NCBI GenBank assembly: GCA_965140585.1
Contig: OZ223270.1
Location: 608,001-672,000 of the forward strand
From: Spirochaetia bacterium
GTDB lineage: Bacteria > Spirochaetota > Spirochaetia > UBA9216
Length of the DNA stretch: 64,000 nucleotides
Direction of reading: 5' to 3'
Part shown: piece after piece, positions 54,555 to 63,748 of the stretch
Numbering within the stretch: position 1 is the first letter of the stretch
Layout of the letters: each line of letters begins with the position of its first letter
Translations under genes and position numbers: made by a program
The notes under the pieces: generated by a model
The model's database searches: none
What the model was told of the DNA's origin: nothing
Seen by the model: the letters and a program-made list of their open reading frames with translations, nothing else

Positions 54555-55826
54555 TTAATAAAAAGGATATAAAATGGGTAAGAAAAGAATACTGAATATT
54601 GCTACTATGACAACTAAGGGTAATCCAGCTTTAAAATAATCAATAAGCTTATAACCTCCTGGACCCATTATCAAAGCCTGTGGAGGACTGGCCATTGGAG
54701 TTAATATTGATGTACAGCCGGCAATTAAAACTCCCATAACAAGAGCCCTGGGATCAACACCAATTTTTACACCAGCCACTGATACAAGTGGAATAAAAAT
54801 CATAATTGTAGCGATATTTGACATAACCTGTGTCATTACTAATGGGACAAGGAAAAAAACAGCCATAATAATATATGGACTGGATGTATTTCCTAACATC
54901 AGGATTAGTTTCTCTGCGACCAAATCACCTGCGCCTGTTACTTTAATTGCATTAGATAATGGCAGTACACCTGCAAATAAAAATACTGTCGGCATATGAA
55001 TGGAGGATAAAGCCTCATTTTCAGTTAAGACTCCAAAGATCACCAGAGCAACAGCACCAAAGGAGGCAAGTATAAACATATCTATTCCAAGCCGTTTGGA
55101 AAACAGCATTGAAACAATAGTTGCAATGATAATTATTATAGCAATCTTTTCCTTAGCAGGGCTTAAAGCCTGTGTTTTCTTTAATTTTATATTATCTTCA
55201 AAACTTTCATTTGGAATTTCGGGCAATAACTTCCATCCGATAAAAGACATATAAACAAGTGCAATCACCATAACAGGCAATCTGGCAATTGTAAAATCCC
55301 AGATGCCAAAAGGAACTGTTCCGCCAGCTTTCATCATGATATCACTGAAAGCCAGATTGCTTGCTCCCTGACCAAGGAATGTCATACCAGCTCCAACATT
55401 GGCAACACACATTGCAGGATAAAGCAGTCGGCTGCGGCTGGTTCCAATCTCATTCGCTATTCCAATTAATAGTGGCATCATTATCGCACCGGCGGCTGTC
55501 GCACTAGTTAAAACAGCAAGCAGTCCTGCTACAACACATGCAATCAATATCAAAGTTTTAGGTTTTTCTTTATAACTTATTACAATTGATTGCGTTCGGT
55601 CCAGGATGCTTGTTCTGGTTAACCCGGCACCTATAACAAACATTGCAACAAACATAACTACATTCTTGTTTACAAATCCTGATAAAGCTTCTGCCGGTGT
55701 TGAAACTTTTGTTAATATCAATGCCAGAATTATACCTGTTGAGATAACTGAAAAACGGATTTTACCTGAAATGAAAGCTGCTATTGTACACAGTAAAATA
55801 ACAACTGTAATTTGTAATGGACTCAT
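54555..55826 (-). CDS. SLC13/DASS di/tricarboxylate permease
   Basis: Multi-TM; TQVMSNIAT; TPMASPPQALIMGPGGYK..DY.K.G.PL. Confidence 0.88.
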   Translation of the reverse strand: MSPLQITVVILLCTIAAFISGKIRFSVISTGIILALILTKVSTPAEALSGFVNKNVVMFVAMFVIGAGLTRTSILDRTQSIVISYKEKPKTLILIACVVAGLLAVLTSATAAGAIMMPLLIGIANEIGTSRSRLLYPAMCVANVGAGMTFLGQGASNLAFSDIMMKAGGTVPFGIWDFTIARLPVMVIALVYMSFIGWKLLPEIPNESFEDNIKLKKTQALSPAKEKIAIIIIIATIVSMLFSKRLGIDMFILASFGAVALVIFGVLTENEALSSIHMPTVFLFAGVLPLSNAIKVTGAGDLVAEKLILMLGNTSSPYIIMAVFFLVPLVMTQVMSNIATIMIFIPLVSVAGVKIGVDPRALVMGVLIAGCTSILTPMASPPQALIMGPGGYKLIDYFKAGLPLVVIVAIFSILFLPILYPFY

Positions 55827-55844
55827 ATTTTCAACCTCTTATTT

Positions 55845-56696
55845 TTACAACTTATTAATGCTTACACCTATATCATACCAGGCCCATGGTTCCGGAAGAA
55901 GAAAAGCTGCACCTGAAGATAATTTTTTAATGTTAACTGCAACTTCTTTGAAATATTCTTCCGTCTTCTCTTTCCCCCATCTTCTATATATAACATCCAT
56001 ATGAAATGGTATGATAAGTTGCGCATGATATTTTACAAATAATTCTGCCAGTTCTTCAGGAGTAACCTGGCCATCACCAAAAAGATCCGCTCCTCCTTTT
56101 CGTACTCCAGCCTGTCGGATGACAACATTTGGAGCATTCTGAAAACACCAGTCAAATATGCCATTGGAATAAGTCTGACCTGAAACGGTTAAGATCTTAA
56201 AGCTATTTTTTGTTGTAATCATATAATCCGTTGATTCAATATTTCCCCAGTCATCACATTCTTTATGTCCTGGAATTCCGAGTTCTTTCATTGCTATATC
56301 ATTATCATCTGAATATAAGCGGGAACCTGTTGGATTATGTTTTGCCTGTAGTATATTTAATTTGAAATCATCTGTAACAATCTCTTGACCGGGATATACC
56401 GGAAAAATATTGTCATAGGAAATTTTATGAAATTTTAATATCGGAACAGTCGAATTACTGCCGGCAAAAACCTTGGAATTAAATTTTCTGACTAAGTCAC
56501 CAAGATTGATATCATGATCAAAATGTGCATGTGTAAGCAGAATATAATCAGCACCTGTTATTTCATCAATCGAGTGCCCTTCCATATGAGGCCCTGTAAA
56601 GAATGGATCAATTATTATTACTTTTCCATTTTCGAGAACGATTTCATGCGCACATCCTGCATTAAATGTTCTTAGCTTAATACTTCTTGAAAACAC
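55845..56696 (-). CDS. Metallo-beta-lactamase-fold hydrolase
   Basis: IIDPF, THAHFDH, IPFH; RBS AGGAGG with GTG start. Confidence 0.88.
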   Translation of the reverse strand: MFSRSIKLRTFNAGCAHEIVLENGKVIIIDPFFTGPHMEGHSIDEITGADYILLTHAHFDHDINLGDLVRKFNSKVFAGSNSTVPILKFHKISYDNIFPVYPGQEIVTDDFKLNILQAKHNPTGSRLYSDDNDIAMKELGIPGHKECDDWGNIESTDYMITTKNSFKILTVSGQTYSNGIFDWCFQNAPNVVIRQAGVRKGGADLFGDGQVTPEELAELFVKYHAQLIIPFHMDVIYRRWGKEKTEEYFKEVAVNIKKLSSGAAFLLPEPWAWYDIGVSINKL

Positions 56697-56807
56697 CTGT
56701 TTCTCCTCCTAAATTGAAGTTGAATAAGTGTATTTCAAGAAATATCGTGCGTCAAATTCAATTTTTTCAAGAAATATCAACTTTTAGTCATCATTATCTG
56801 AAAAAAA

Positions 56808-57722
56808 TTATTTTGAATATTTATCTATGAAAATATCCATTAAAATTTTTACATGATCGATTGAATGGTTCCGATTCCAAACCAGACATAATTCCCGTCT
56901 TTCCGGCTTTTCTCCAAAAGACAATGGAATAATTTTATCAATAAATTTTTCCGAAACTATTGGTTTATCCAGAGTAATCGTTATACCGAGATTATTTGCT
57001 ACACATAAAAGTGACAAATCGACTGTTGGAACCTGAATATCTGTCTTTGGTTTAATATCATAACTTTGAAATACGTAATCAGAAAACTTCTTAATTTTTT
57101 GCTGAGGATACAGCATTATGAAATTTTCTTGCTCAAACAGCTTAATATCTACCCAGGGATATCTGAATTCTTTCTTAGTAACTGCTTTTTTGATCAATGG
57201 ATGATTGGCGGGAACTGCTAAAACGAATTCCTCAAATGAAAGTTTTTGATATAGAAATTTATCCACACGGTTTTCAACCGTCATGATTGCAAAATCCAAG
57301 CGGCTGTCTTCAATCATTTTAAGTAGTTTAACTGTCGTGTTTCCAAAAAAAATAATATCTATTTCCGGATACTTTGATTTAAATTCAGGCATTATTTCTG
57401 AAATGATATTTTCAGACTGAATCAAAGGAAACCCAAAATGAATTCTTCCTGAGCGATGTTCAGCAATATCAATCATCTCATTATGCATTTTCTTCTGTAG
57501 GATTGAAATTTTTCTTGCACATTCAATATACCGTGTTCCAGCATATGTCAAATCAAATTTCTTTCCCACTCTGTCAAATAATGTAACGCCTAATTCCTGC
57601 TCTTTATTTTTTACAAACTTGCTTAATGCCGAAGGAGTGATACATAATTTTTCTGCAGCTCTGATAATACTTTTGTATTTTGCAACTTCAATTATATAAT
57701 CGGTATTTCTATCCATAATCAA
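56808..57722 (-). CDS. LysR-family regulator
   Basis: RAAEKLCITPSALS HTH; LGVTLFDR. Confidence 0.93.
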   Translation of the reverse strand: MIMDRNTDYIIEVAKYKSIIRAAEKLCITPSALSKFVKNKEQELGVTLFDRVGKKFDLTYAGTRYIECARKISILQKKMHNEMIDIAEHRSGRIHFGFPLIQSENIISEIMPEFKSKYPEIDIIFFGNTTVKLLKMIEDSRLDFAIMTVENRVDKFLYQKLSFEEFVLAVPANHPLIKKAVTKKEFRYPWVDIKLFEQENFIMLYPQQKIKKFSDYVFQSYDIKPKTDIQVPTVDLSLLCVANNLGITITLDKPIVSEKFIDKIIPLSFGEKPERRELCLVWNRNHSIDHVKILMDIFIDKYSK

Positions 57723-57804
57723 TCCTTGTTTTACGAATCCATAAAATAAGTTTTTTTAAAACATATAATATCATAGTGCCTTCAAATTTTATATTTGATT
57801 TTTC

Positions 57805-58188
57805 ATCAATCCCCTGATGTGGTCGTTGATGATTATAATAATCAACTTACGATTTGAAGATTCTCCGAATCTGTTTCTTTGAGAAAAGCAGAAAATGCTC
57901 CAGCGCTTCTCTTCCAATAGTTTCATTGACTTGCTCTACAAATGCATTCATATTTTGTGAAGCCAGAGAGATGTCAACATGCGGCTGAATAAGTCACTGC
58001 TTCCTGAATACTATTTACTGTTGTGTAATGAATATCAATGTGATTTTCTTCAGCTCATTATCAATCTTTTTATAATCTCAGAGATAGTTTTCCTTCTTCA
58101 AGAGCAACATTGTTAAAATAATGCTTTTCCTTTTTCTGAAAAATTTATTGAAAATTGATATGAGCAGAAAACATAAGAAGCTGAACAT
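57805..58188 (-). mobile_element. Decayed IS transposase (integrase core domain; IS3/IS481-like catalytic end)
   Basis: Manual translation NMNAFVEQVNETIGREALEHFLLFSKKQIRRIFKS*VDYYNQRPHQGID; N-terminal piece MFSF...LLKKEN; middle deleted. Confidence 0.75.
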
Positions 58189-58441
58189 GATTTGATTATA
58201 ACCAGGAGTTGTAATGTGGTAAATTTACCTAATAAAAACAGTCGAATGTCCCGGATGTAAAAAAAATAAACCACAGGTTCTTTTCCAAAATGAGTCTGGA
58301 AATTCAAATTGTAGTGTAATCCTTACAGAACACTTCGGTATAAGCTACATAAACTTCCCCAATCCTGACATTCGATTTCTAACCCCATCCACTAAACTTT
58401 TAGAAGAGAAATGAGGGGTATTATGCCTGTGCGGATAATCT

Positions 58442-58730
58442 ATGAAAATAAAGCATGATTTCTTATCGGAATGTTGGTTGCCACATTGGTCTGTCATTCC
58501 GTCCCGGAATCGGTTACGGAGGGATGCTCCACATCAGCGAGTATGACCCGGGCTTAGGTTCTGCCTTTGGATTGTTCTATGACAGCCTGGTTAGCCTGTC
58601 GGTCTTTACTACCTATGCCCTGAATCCTGAACTGGAAATATATGTTAACCCCGAATTCCTCATGGTATTCGGCGCAGACGCCATGAATATGGTTATACCT
58701 CTGGGCATCGGCCTCCAGTTCAATCTGTAG
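58442..58730 (+). pseudogene. Chimeric remnant: lipoprotein start fused to the 3' half of the beta-barrel gene
   Basis: 58463-58481 is identical to 62184-62202; from 58483 onward it matches 63379 onward. Confidence 0.85.
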
Positions 58731-58852
58731 AAAGGAGATTACTGTGAAACAATTCAATTCAATATCAAAGCAAGCGGTTCTATTTTTTGTTGTCGTGCTG
58801 GTGCTGAGCCTGGTAACAGCATCCTGCTCAGATTTTTTCACTCTGATGACGG
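58483..58852 (+). repeat. 370-bp direct repeat, copy 1 (copy 2 at 63379-63748)
   Basis: Ungapped alignment at offset 4896, 11 mismatches counted by eye (about 97%). Confidence 0.95.
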
Positions 58853-61140
58853 TTGAAGAGGGAGTAGTATTAGAAGATGTCTACGCTTTCGAGCTATCCT
58901 CAGAGCATTACAACTATGGCGCTGCTGATAAGAATGGCAATCTGGTCTTATACAACATTGACGGGGATACTCCTCTCAGTGCTTCCATTATAACTCAGGA
59001 CAACAGCACTCTAACAGTAGCATTCAATAATGACGGTTATCCTTCACGTATAATAACCGATGAATACATACTGCTTATGGACGGATGGGGTGACGGAACA
59101 GCAGACTTTGCAGTAATTAATGTGGCCGATGAATCCGTGGCGTACTACCCAAATACTCCAGTGGACTATACTCCCGAATCCAGCACTGATTCTTCAGCAC
59201 GTCAGATCAATACCAGAGGATTGTTTGGTGATATAGGAAAGGGACTGAGAAATATCGGTAATGCCCTCAGGTCTGTTGCAACCGCAATTGCAGACTTCCC
59301 TATTCCCAACAATCCAATCACCACTATAATTACCGGTACCGTTAACACCTTGGCGAAGGTTGCCGATGTAACAGCCGACGGGCTGGTGGCAGTAGATGAG
59401 GTGCCATTTGAGAATTTCTTTGAAGACCCCATCGGCATAGCTTCTGAAGTGGTGACTATTGCAGCGGACACTGTTGCCGAAGTAGCTACCCTTGTAGCCG
59501 ATACTGCGGTGGACCTCGTAAATGTATTTTTTGAAGTCGATACAGCTCCACCTGATCCGGTTACTGATCTTGCTGTTTCCAAACCTGAGGATGGAACCAT
59601 TCGATTGAGCTGGACCCCGCCGGCTTCGGATTACGATCATGCAACAGTCTGGTATGGTGAAGGGACTGAAGCCAGTGCAGCTACCACTCAATTCACCGGC
59701 ACAATAGATGCAGGCGGAGCTACCATTTCCGGACTGACAAACTACACAGATTATGTATTTGTGGTAAAAGCCCTGGACTATTTTGAGAATGAGAGCGAAC
59801 CGGCGAGTATAAGCGACCATCCCTTCGACAGAACCCCTCCCGCGGAAGTCAGCGATGTGGTTGTAGCTCTATACGACAATACCTTCCGAATATTCTGGTC
59901 AGACCCGACAGATGCTGATTTCGACAGTATCAAGATCTATTATGGCCCCGGGAACACGGCGGACGATGCAACTACAGAATATACCGGAATCATAGATACC
60001 AGTTATCAGGATCCCGATATGGCCAGAAGTACTTTTACCGGTCTTTCAGAGGGCCAATACGCCATTGTCATCAAAACAGTTGATGATAAAGCCGTTCTGA
60101 ACGGTAGTGCCAATGTCTCCGACGGATATCTTGTGACCCCATGGATGGTTTCCACCACCCCGACTTTAGCCACTGCATCTCCAGGATATGGAGAGCGGCA
60201 AAACTACGAAACCCTGGTATTTGACAACAAGCTTTGGATGATCGGTGGCTCCGGTGGATCAGCCCAGAATGAATTGCAAACTAGTGTGTACAGCTCGGTA
60301 AACGGGACGGATTGGGTTCTGGTAACGGATCAGCCTGAGTGGTATACCCAGCACCAACCTCTCGATCTGAACCAGGAAGACACTACCAAGTACGGAAGAC
60401 AGAAATTTGCCTCAACCGTCTATGACGGAAAAATGTGGGTTATTGGTGGCACCTATGGAGATAACAGATTATTCGACGATGTGTGGTATTCAACCGACGG
60501 GGATACCTGGACTGCAGCCACCCACGAGGCCCCCTGGGGGCCCCAGGCCTATATAGATGCGCTGGAGTTCGATGGAAAACTATGGCTGTTTATCAATAAT
60601 GACTCCATCTGGAGTACCAGCGATGGAAATACCTGGACAGAAGAAGCCTCCAGTGTGCCTTGGCTTACACGGGAACATGAAATTGTAGAATTCCAAGGGA
60701 AGCTTTGGCTCCTGGGCGGAGGTTATGATAACGGTCCAAGTCAACCGCTGTACTACAAGACCAATGATGTCTGGGTCTCTGAAGATGCTGTTACCTGGAC
60801 TCAGGTAACCACAGATGGTTATTTTACCGAAGGTTCGGCTAACTATCACTATTGGGGGGCGGATATCTGGGAAGATCGGGCTGAATTTGCAGCTGCCGTT
60901 GCCTATGTCAGAATCTGGGTTATCGCCGGGCACCCCGCCAGCAACAGCCTGAAAGACATATGGAGCTCTGATGACGGCATTCACTGGGTCAATCTGGATG
61001 CTTCAAATGAAGCCACTTGGTACGACCGGGATGCACATACAGCCGAGTTTTTCGATGGAAAGCTCTTCTTCTTCGACGGCTATTCATTGAATTCGCTGAT
61101 AGCAAACGACTCGACACCGGGAGATATCTGGTACTACTGA
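58744..61140 (+). CDS. Large surface lipoprotein: beta-rich N-domain, amphipathic helical segment, two FN3-like repeats, Kelch-like beta-propeller
   Basis: Lipobox TASC; DTAPPDPV/DRTPPAEV FN3-like starts; repeated (F/Y)DxK(L/M)WxIGG...DVWxSxDGxxW blades. Confidence 0.85.
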   Translation: MKQFNSISKQAVLFFVVVLVLSLVTASCSDFFTLMTVEEGVVLEDVYAFELSSEHYNYGAADKNGNLVLYNIDGDTPLSASIITQDNSTLTVAFNNDGYPSRIITDEYILLMDGWGDGTADFAVINVADESVAYYPNTPVDYTPESSTDSSARQINTRGLFGDIGKGLRNIGNALRSVATAIADFPIPNNPITTIITGTVNTLAKVADVTADGLVAVDEVPFENFFEDPIGIASEVVTIAADTVAEVATLVADTAVDLVNVFFEVDTAPPDPVTDLAVSKPEDGTIRLSWTPPASDYDHATVWYGEGTEASAATTQFTGTIDAGGATISGLTNYTDYVFVVKALDYFENESEPASISDHPFDRTPPAEVSDVVVALYDNTFRIFWSDPTDADFDSIKIYYGPGNTADDATTEYTGIIDTSYQDPDMARSTFTGLSEGQYAIVIKTVDDKAVLNGSANVSDGYLVTPWMVSTTPTLATASPGYGERQNYETLVFDNKLWMIGGSGGSAQNELQTSVYSSVNGTDWVLVTDQPEWYTQHQPLDLNQEDTTKYGRQKFASTVYDGKMWVIGGTYGDNRLFDDVWYSTDGDTWTAATHEAPWGPQAYIDALEFDGKLWLFINNDSIWSTSDGNTWTEEASSVPWLTREHEIVEFQGKLWLLGGGYDNGPSQPLYYKTNDVWVSEDAVTWTQVTTDGYFTEGSANYHYWGADIWEDRAEFAAAVAYVRIWVIAGHPASNSLKDIWSSDDGIHWVNLDASNEATWYDRDAHTAEFFDGKLFFFDGYSLNSLIANDSTPGDIWYY

Positions 61141-61172
61141 TGTTGTGCCGCCGGGTTGGCATAAACAATTAG
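61137..61172 (+). other. Stem-loop directly after the stop codon
   Basis: CTGATGTTGTGCC...GGCATAAACAATTAG imperfect inverted repeat, no U-tract. Confidence 0.4.
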
Positions 61173-61224
61173 AATTGCCAATGGCCCAAAACGAAAGGGT
61201 AAATAAATTATAGGAGAATAAATA

Positions 61225-62145
61225 ATGAAAGAAAAGCGAAACATTTTTATCGGAATATTGGTTGCAGCATTGGTATTGTTTGCTATCGGATGTGAAATAC
61301 CGGGAACAGACGGAGACGGCAGTGACGGAGAAATTGCGGTTACCTTTGAAAGCGCAGTACAAACCGGTGGAACCGATGGCACAGCCGATTCAACAAGTCT
61401 GACGCTGACCTTCAGCGCCGATCCCGACACATTGGCAGCAAGCGATATCACGCTAACGGGAGCGACCAAGGGTACGCTTAGCGGTACAGGAACAACCAGG
61501 ACACTAGCTATTTCAGCTATTACAGTGGGAAATGGGGAGACATTATCGATAGAGATAGCAGACCCAAGCGGGTACACCATAAGCGGCTCACCGCAAACTG
61601 CGGTGGTGTATAGAGATGTAACTTATGAGCTTGGAGACACTGGCCCAAGCGGAGTGGGGATTGTTTTTTATATAACAGATGGCGGACTGCATGGAATGGA
61701 AATTGCGCCTGAAGATCAGGGAAGCTCTGTAGCATGGAGCAATATAGACAATGCTTTTGTTAATGGTGTTGATTCATTACCTGCTGACATAGGTACAGGA
61801 GCTTCAAACACCGATGCAATAATTGCCCAGACTGGTCATACGGCCAGTGCAGCGCAGTTGTGTCATGATTATGCCGGCGGCGGTTTAACTGACTGGTATC
61901 TTCCATCGGAAAATGAACTACTCGAGCTTTATAAAATTTCTATGGGCGATCCTGCTGAAAATGAACATATATCGAATATTCCTGAACTAGATTATCGAAA
62001 CCTTGGCATCTCTGTATGGTACTGGACATCTACCGAAAGTTCTTCTGATTCAGCCGAGCGCCTTCAGTTTGAATGGTCCGGTTCAGGTTCCAATTTAAAA
62101 TGGAAAACCGTATCCATGAAAGTTCGTGCAGTACGAAGTTTTTAA
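61225..62145 (+). CDS. Lipoprotein with Ig-like stalk and C-terminal DUF1566/Lcl-like (C-type lectin fold) domain
   Basis: Lipobox AIGC; GDTGPSG.GIVFY, GTGASNT, DWYLPSENEL, YWTSTE, VRAVRSF*. Confidence 0.85.
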   Translation: MKEKRNIFIGILVAALVLFAIGCEIPGTDGDGSDGEIAVTFESAVQTGGTDGTADSTSLTLTFSADPDTLAASDITLTGATKGTLSGTGTTRTLAISAITVGNGETLSIEIADPSGYTISGSPQTAVVYRDVTYELGDTGPSGVGIVFYITDGGLHGMEIAPEDQGSSVAWSNIDNAFVNGVDSLPADIGTGASNTDAIIAQTGHTASAAQLCHDYAGGGLTDWYLPSENELLELYKISMGDPAENEHISNIPELDYRNLGISVWYWTSTESSSDSAERLQFEWSGSGSNLKWKTVSMKVRAVRSF

Positions 62146-62167
62146 TGAAGGAGAATTAACTATGAAA
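62122..62167 (+). repeat. 46-bp junction repeat, copy 1 (copy 2 at 63026-63071)
   Basis: GTTCGTGCAGTACGAAG(T/C)TTTTAATGAAGGAGAATTAA(C/T)TATGAAA, 44/46 identical; spans last codons, stop, RBS and next ATG. Confidence 0.93.
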
Positions 62168-63049
62168 TCAAAACGAAACATTTTTATCGGAATGTTGGTT
62201 GCAGCATTGGTATTGTTTGCAATTGGATGTGAAATGCCGGGAACAGGTGGTGACGGAGGGGTCTCTCCAACAGCCGTCACCTTCGAGAGCGCGGTCCAAA
62301 CCGGCGGTACGTCAGAAACTGCAGATTCTACAGGCTTAATACTGACATTCAGTGTTGACCCGACGACATTATCAGCAGATGACATTACGTTAACGGGAGC
62401 GACAAAGGGTGAGTTGACCGGTACCGGAACAACCAGAACACTGGCTATTTCAGCTATTACAGTGGGAAATGGGAAAACAGTATCTGTGGCAATCGCAGAT
62501 CCAAGCGGATACACCATAAGCAGCTCACCGCAAACTGCGGTGGTGTATAGAGAAATAACCATCGGCATTGTTCATCAAGGTGGGGTTGTTGCTTATATTC
62601 TACAGGATGGCGACTCGGGATATGTAGCCGGTGAAATTCACGGTCTAATTGCATCAATGGCTGACTTGAGTGATGCCATTAAATGGAACAACGGAAGTAA
62701 CATAGATACAACAGCAACAGGAACAGCAATCGGTACAGGGCAGGCTAACACTACTGCGATTGTAACTGCACAGGGGGCCGGAAGTTATGCGGCACAATTA
62801 TGTGATGATTATATAAATACCGATACCGGGACAGGGGTTTACGACGATTGGTACTTGCCTGCGCGGTTTGAATTAGGTGTACTCCGAGAAAACCAAGCAG
62901 CTATCGGCGGCTTCACCTCCGATGGGGGGTATTGGTCCTCTTCAGAAATCAATAGTGTAACTGCATTTTCGGCAGATTTTGACTCAATGTCGTATTCTGG
63001 TACTTCGAAGGAAACCGATAAAATGGTTCGTGCAGTACGAAGCTTTTAA
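62162..63049 (+). CDS. Paralogous lipoprotein with Ig-like stalk and DUF1566/Lcl-like domain
   Basis: ATG at 62162 after AAGGAG; AIGC; IG..HQGGVVAY, GTGQANT, DWYLPARFEL, YWSSSE, VRAVRSF*. Confidence 0.85.
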   Translation: MKSKRNIFIGMLVAALVLFAIGCEMPGTGGDGGVSPTAVTFESAVQTGGTSETADSTGLILTFSVDPTTLSADDITLTGATKGELTGTGTTRTLAISAITVGNGKTVSVAIADPSGYTISSSPQTAVVYREITIGIVHQGGVVAYILQDGDSGYVAGEIHGLIASMADLSDAIKWNNGSNIDTTATGTAIGTGQANTTAIVTAQGAGSYAAQLCDDYINTDTGTGVYDDWYLPARFELGVLRENQAAIGGFTSDGGYWSSSEINSVTAFSADFDSMSYSGTSKETDKMVRAVRSF

Positions 63050-63065
63050 TGAAGGAGAATTAATT

Positions 63066-63626
63066 ATGAAAGAAAAGCGAAGAAGAGTAACACTTCTAGT
63101 AGTAATCTTCATTGCTGCTGCATCTGCGCTGGGAGCGCAAAGCCTCTCAGACGTTTACGTTGGCGCATCGGGCAGCATCCCTCTGGGGGATTACCGCAGC
63201 ATATACAGCGTTGGGGCAGGAGCCCAGGCGGGAGTTACCGTCGAAGTTCCATTTCTTCCCGGATTGGGAGCAGGCGCTCAGTTAAGCGGATCCTACCAGT
63301 TCCCCGCCGGCTCGCAGATCAGTCTGCTCATCGATACAATTTGGCAGATAACGGCTAACTACGAAATCAGTCTGGATGACATTGGTCTGTCATTCCGTCC
63401 CGGAATCGGTTACGGAGGGATGCTACACATCAGCGAGTATGACCCGGGCTCAGGTTCTACTTTTGGATTGTTCTATGACAGCCTGGTTAGCCTGTCGGTC
63501 TTTACTACCTATGCCCTGAATCCTGATCTGGAAATATATGTTAACCCCGAATTCCTCATGGTATTCGGAGCAGACGCCATGAATATGGTTATACCTCTGG
63601 GTATTGGCCTCCAGTTCAATCTGTAG
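63066..63626 (+). CDS. Small outer-membrane beta-barrel protein (putative 8-stranded)
   Basis: Signal peptide ending ALGA, alternating Gly/hydrophobic strands, C-terminal GIGLQFNL; ATG after AAGGAG. Confidence 0.7.
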   Translation: MKEKRRRVTLLVVIFIAAASALGAQSLSDVYVGASGSIPLGDYRSIYSVGAGAQAGVTVEVPFLPGLGAGAQLSGSYQFPAGSQISLLIDTIWQITANYEISLDDIGLSFRPGIGYGGMLHISEYDPGSGSTFGLFYDSLVSLSVFTTYALNPDLEIYVNPEFLMVFGADAMNMVIPLGIGLQFNL

Positions 63627-63748
63627 AAAGGAGATTACAGTGAAACAATTCAATTTAATATCAAAGCACGCGGTTCTATTTTTTGTTGTCGTGCTGGTGC
63701 TGAGCCTGGTAACAGCATCCTGCTCAGATTTTTTCACTCTGATGACGG
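63379..63748 (+). repeat. 370-bp direct repeat, copy 2
   Basis: Matches 58483-58852. Confidence 0.95.

Noticed and set aside
61225-63071. A complete DGR within the window
   Set aside because: No reverse transcriptase, Avd or template repeat; differences between the two heads are not adenine-restricted.
61137-63071. Integron cassette array (attC sites)
   Set aside because: Junctions lack RYYYAAC...GTTRRRY ends, are too short, and no IntI is present.
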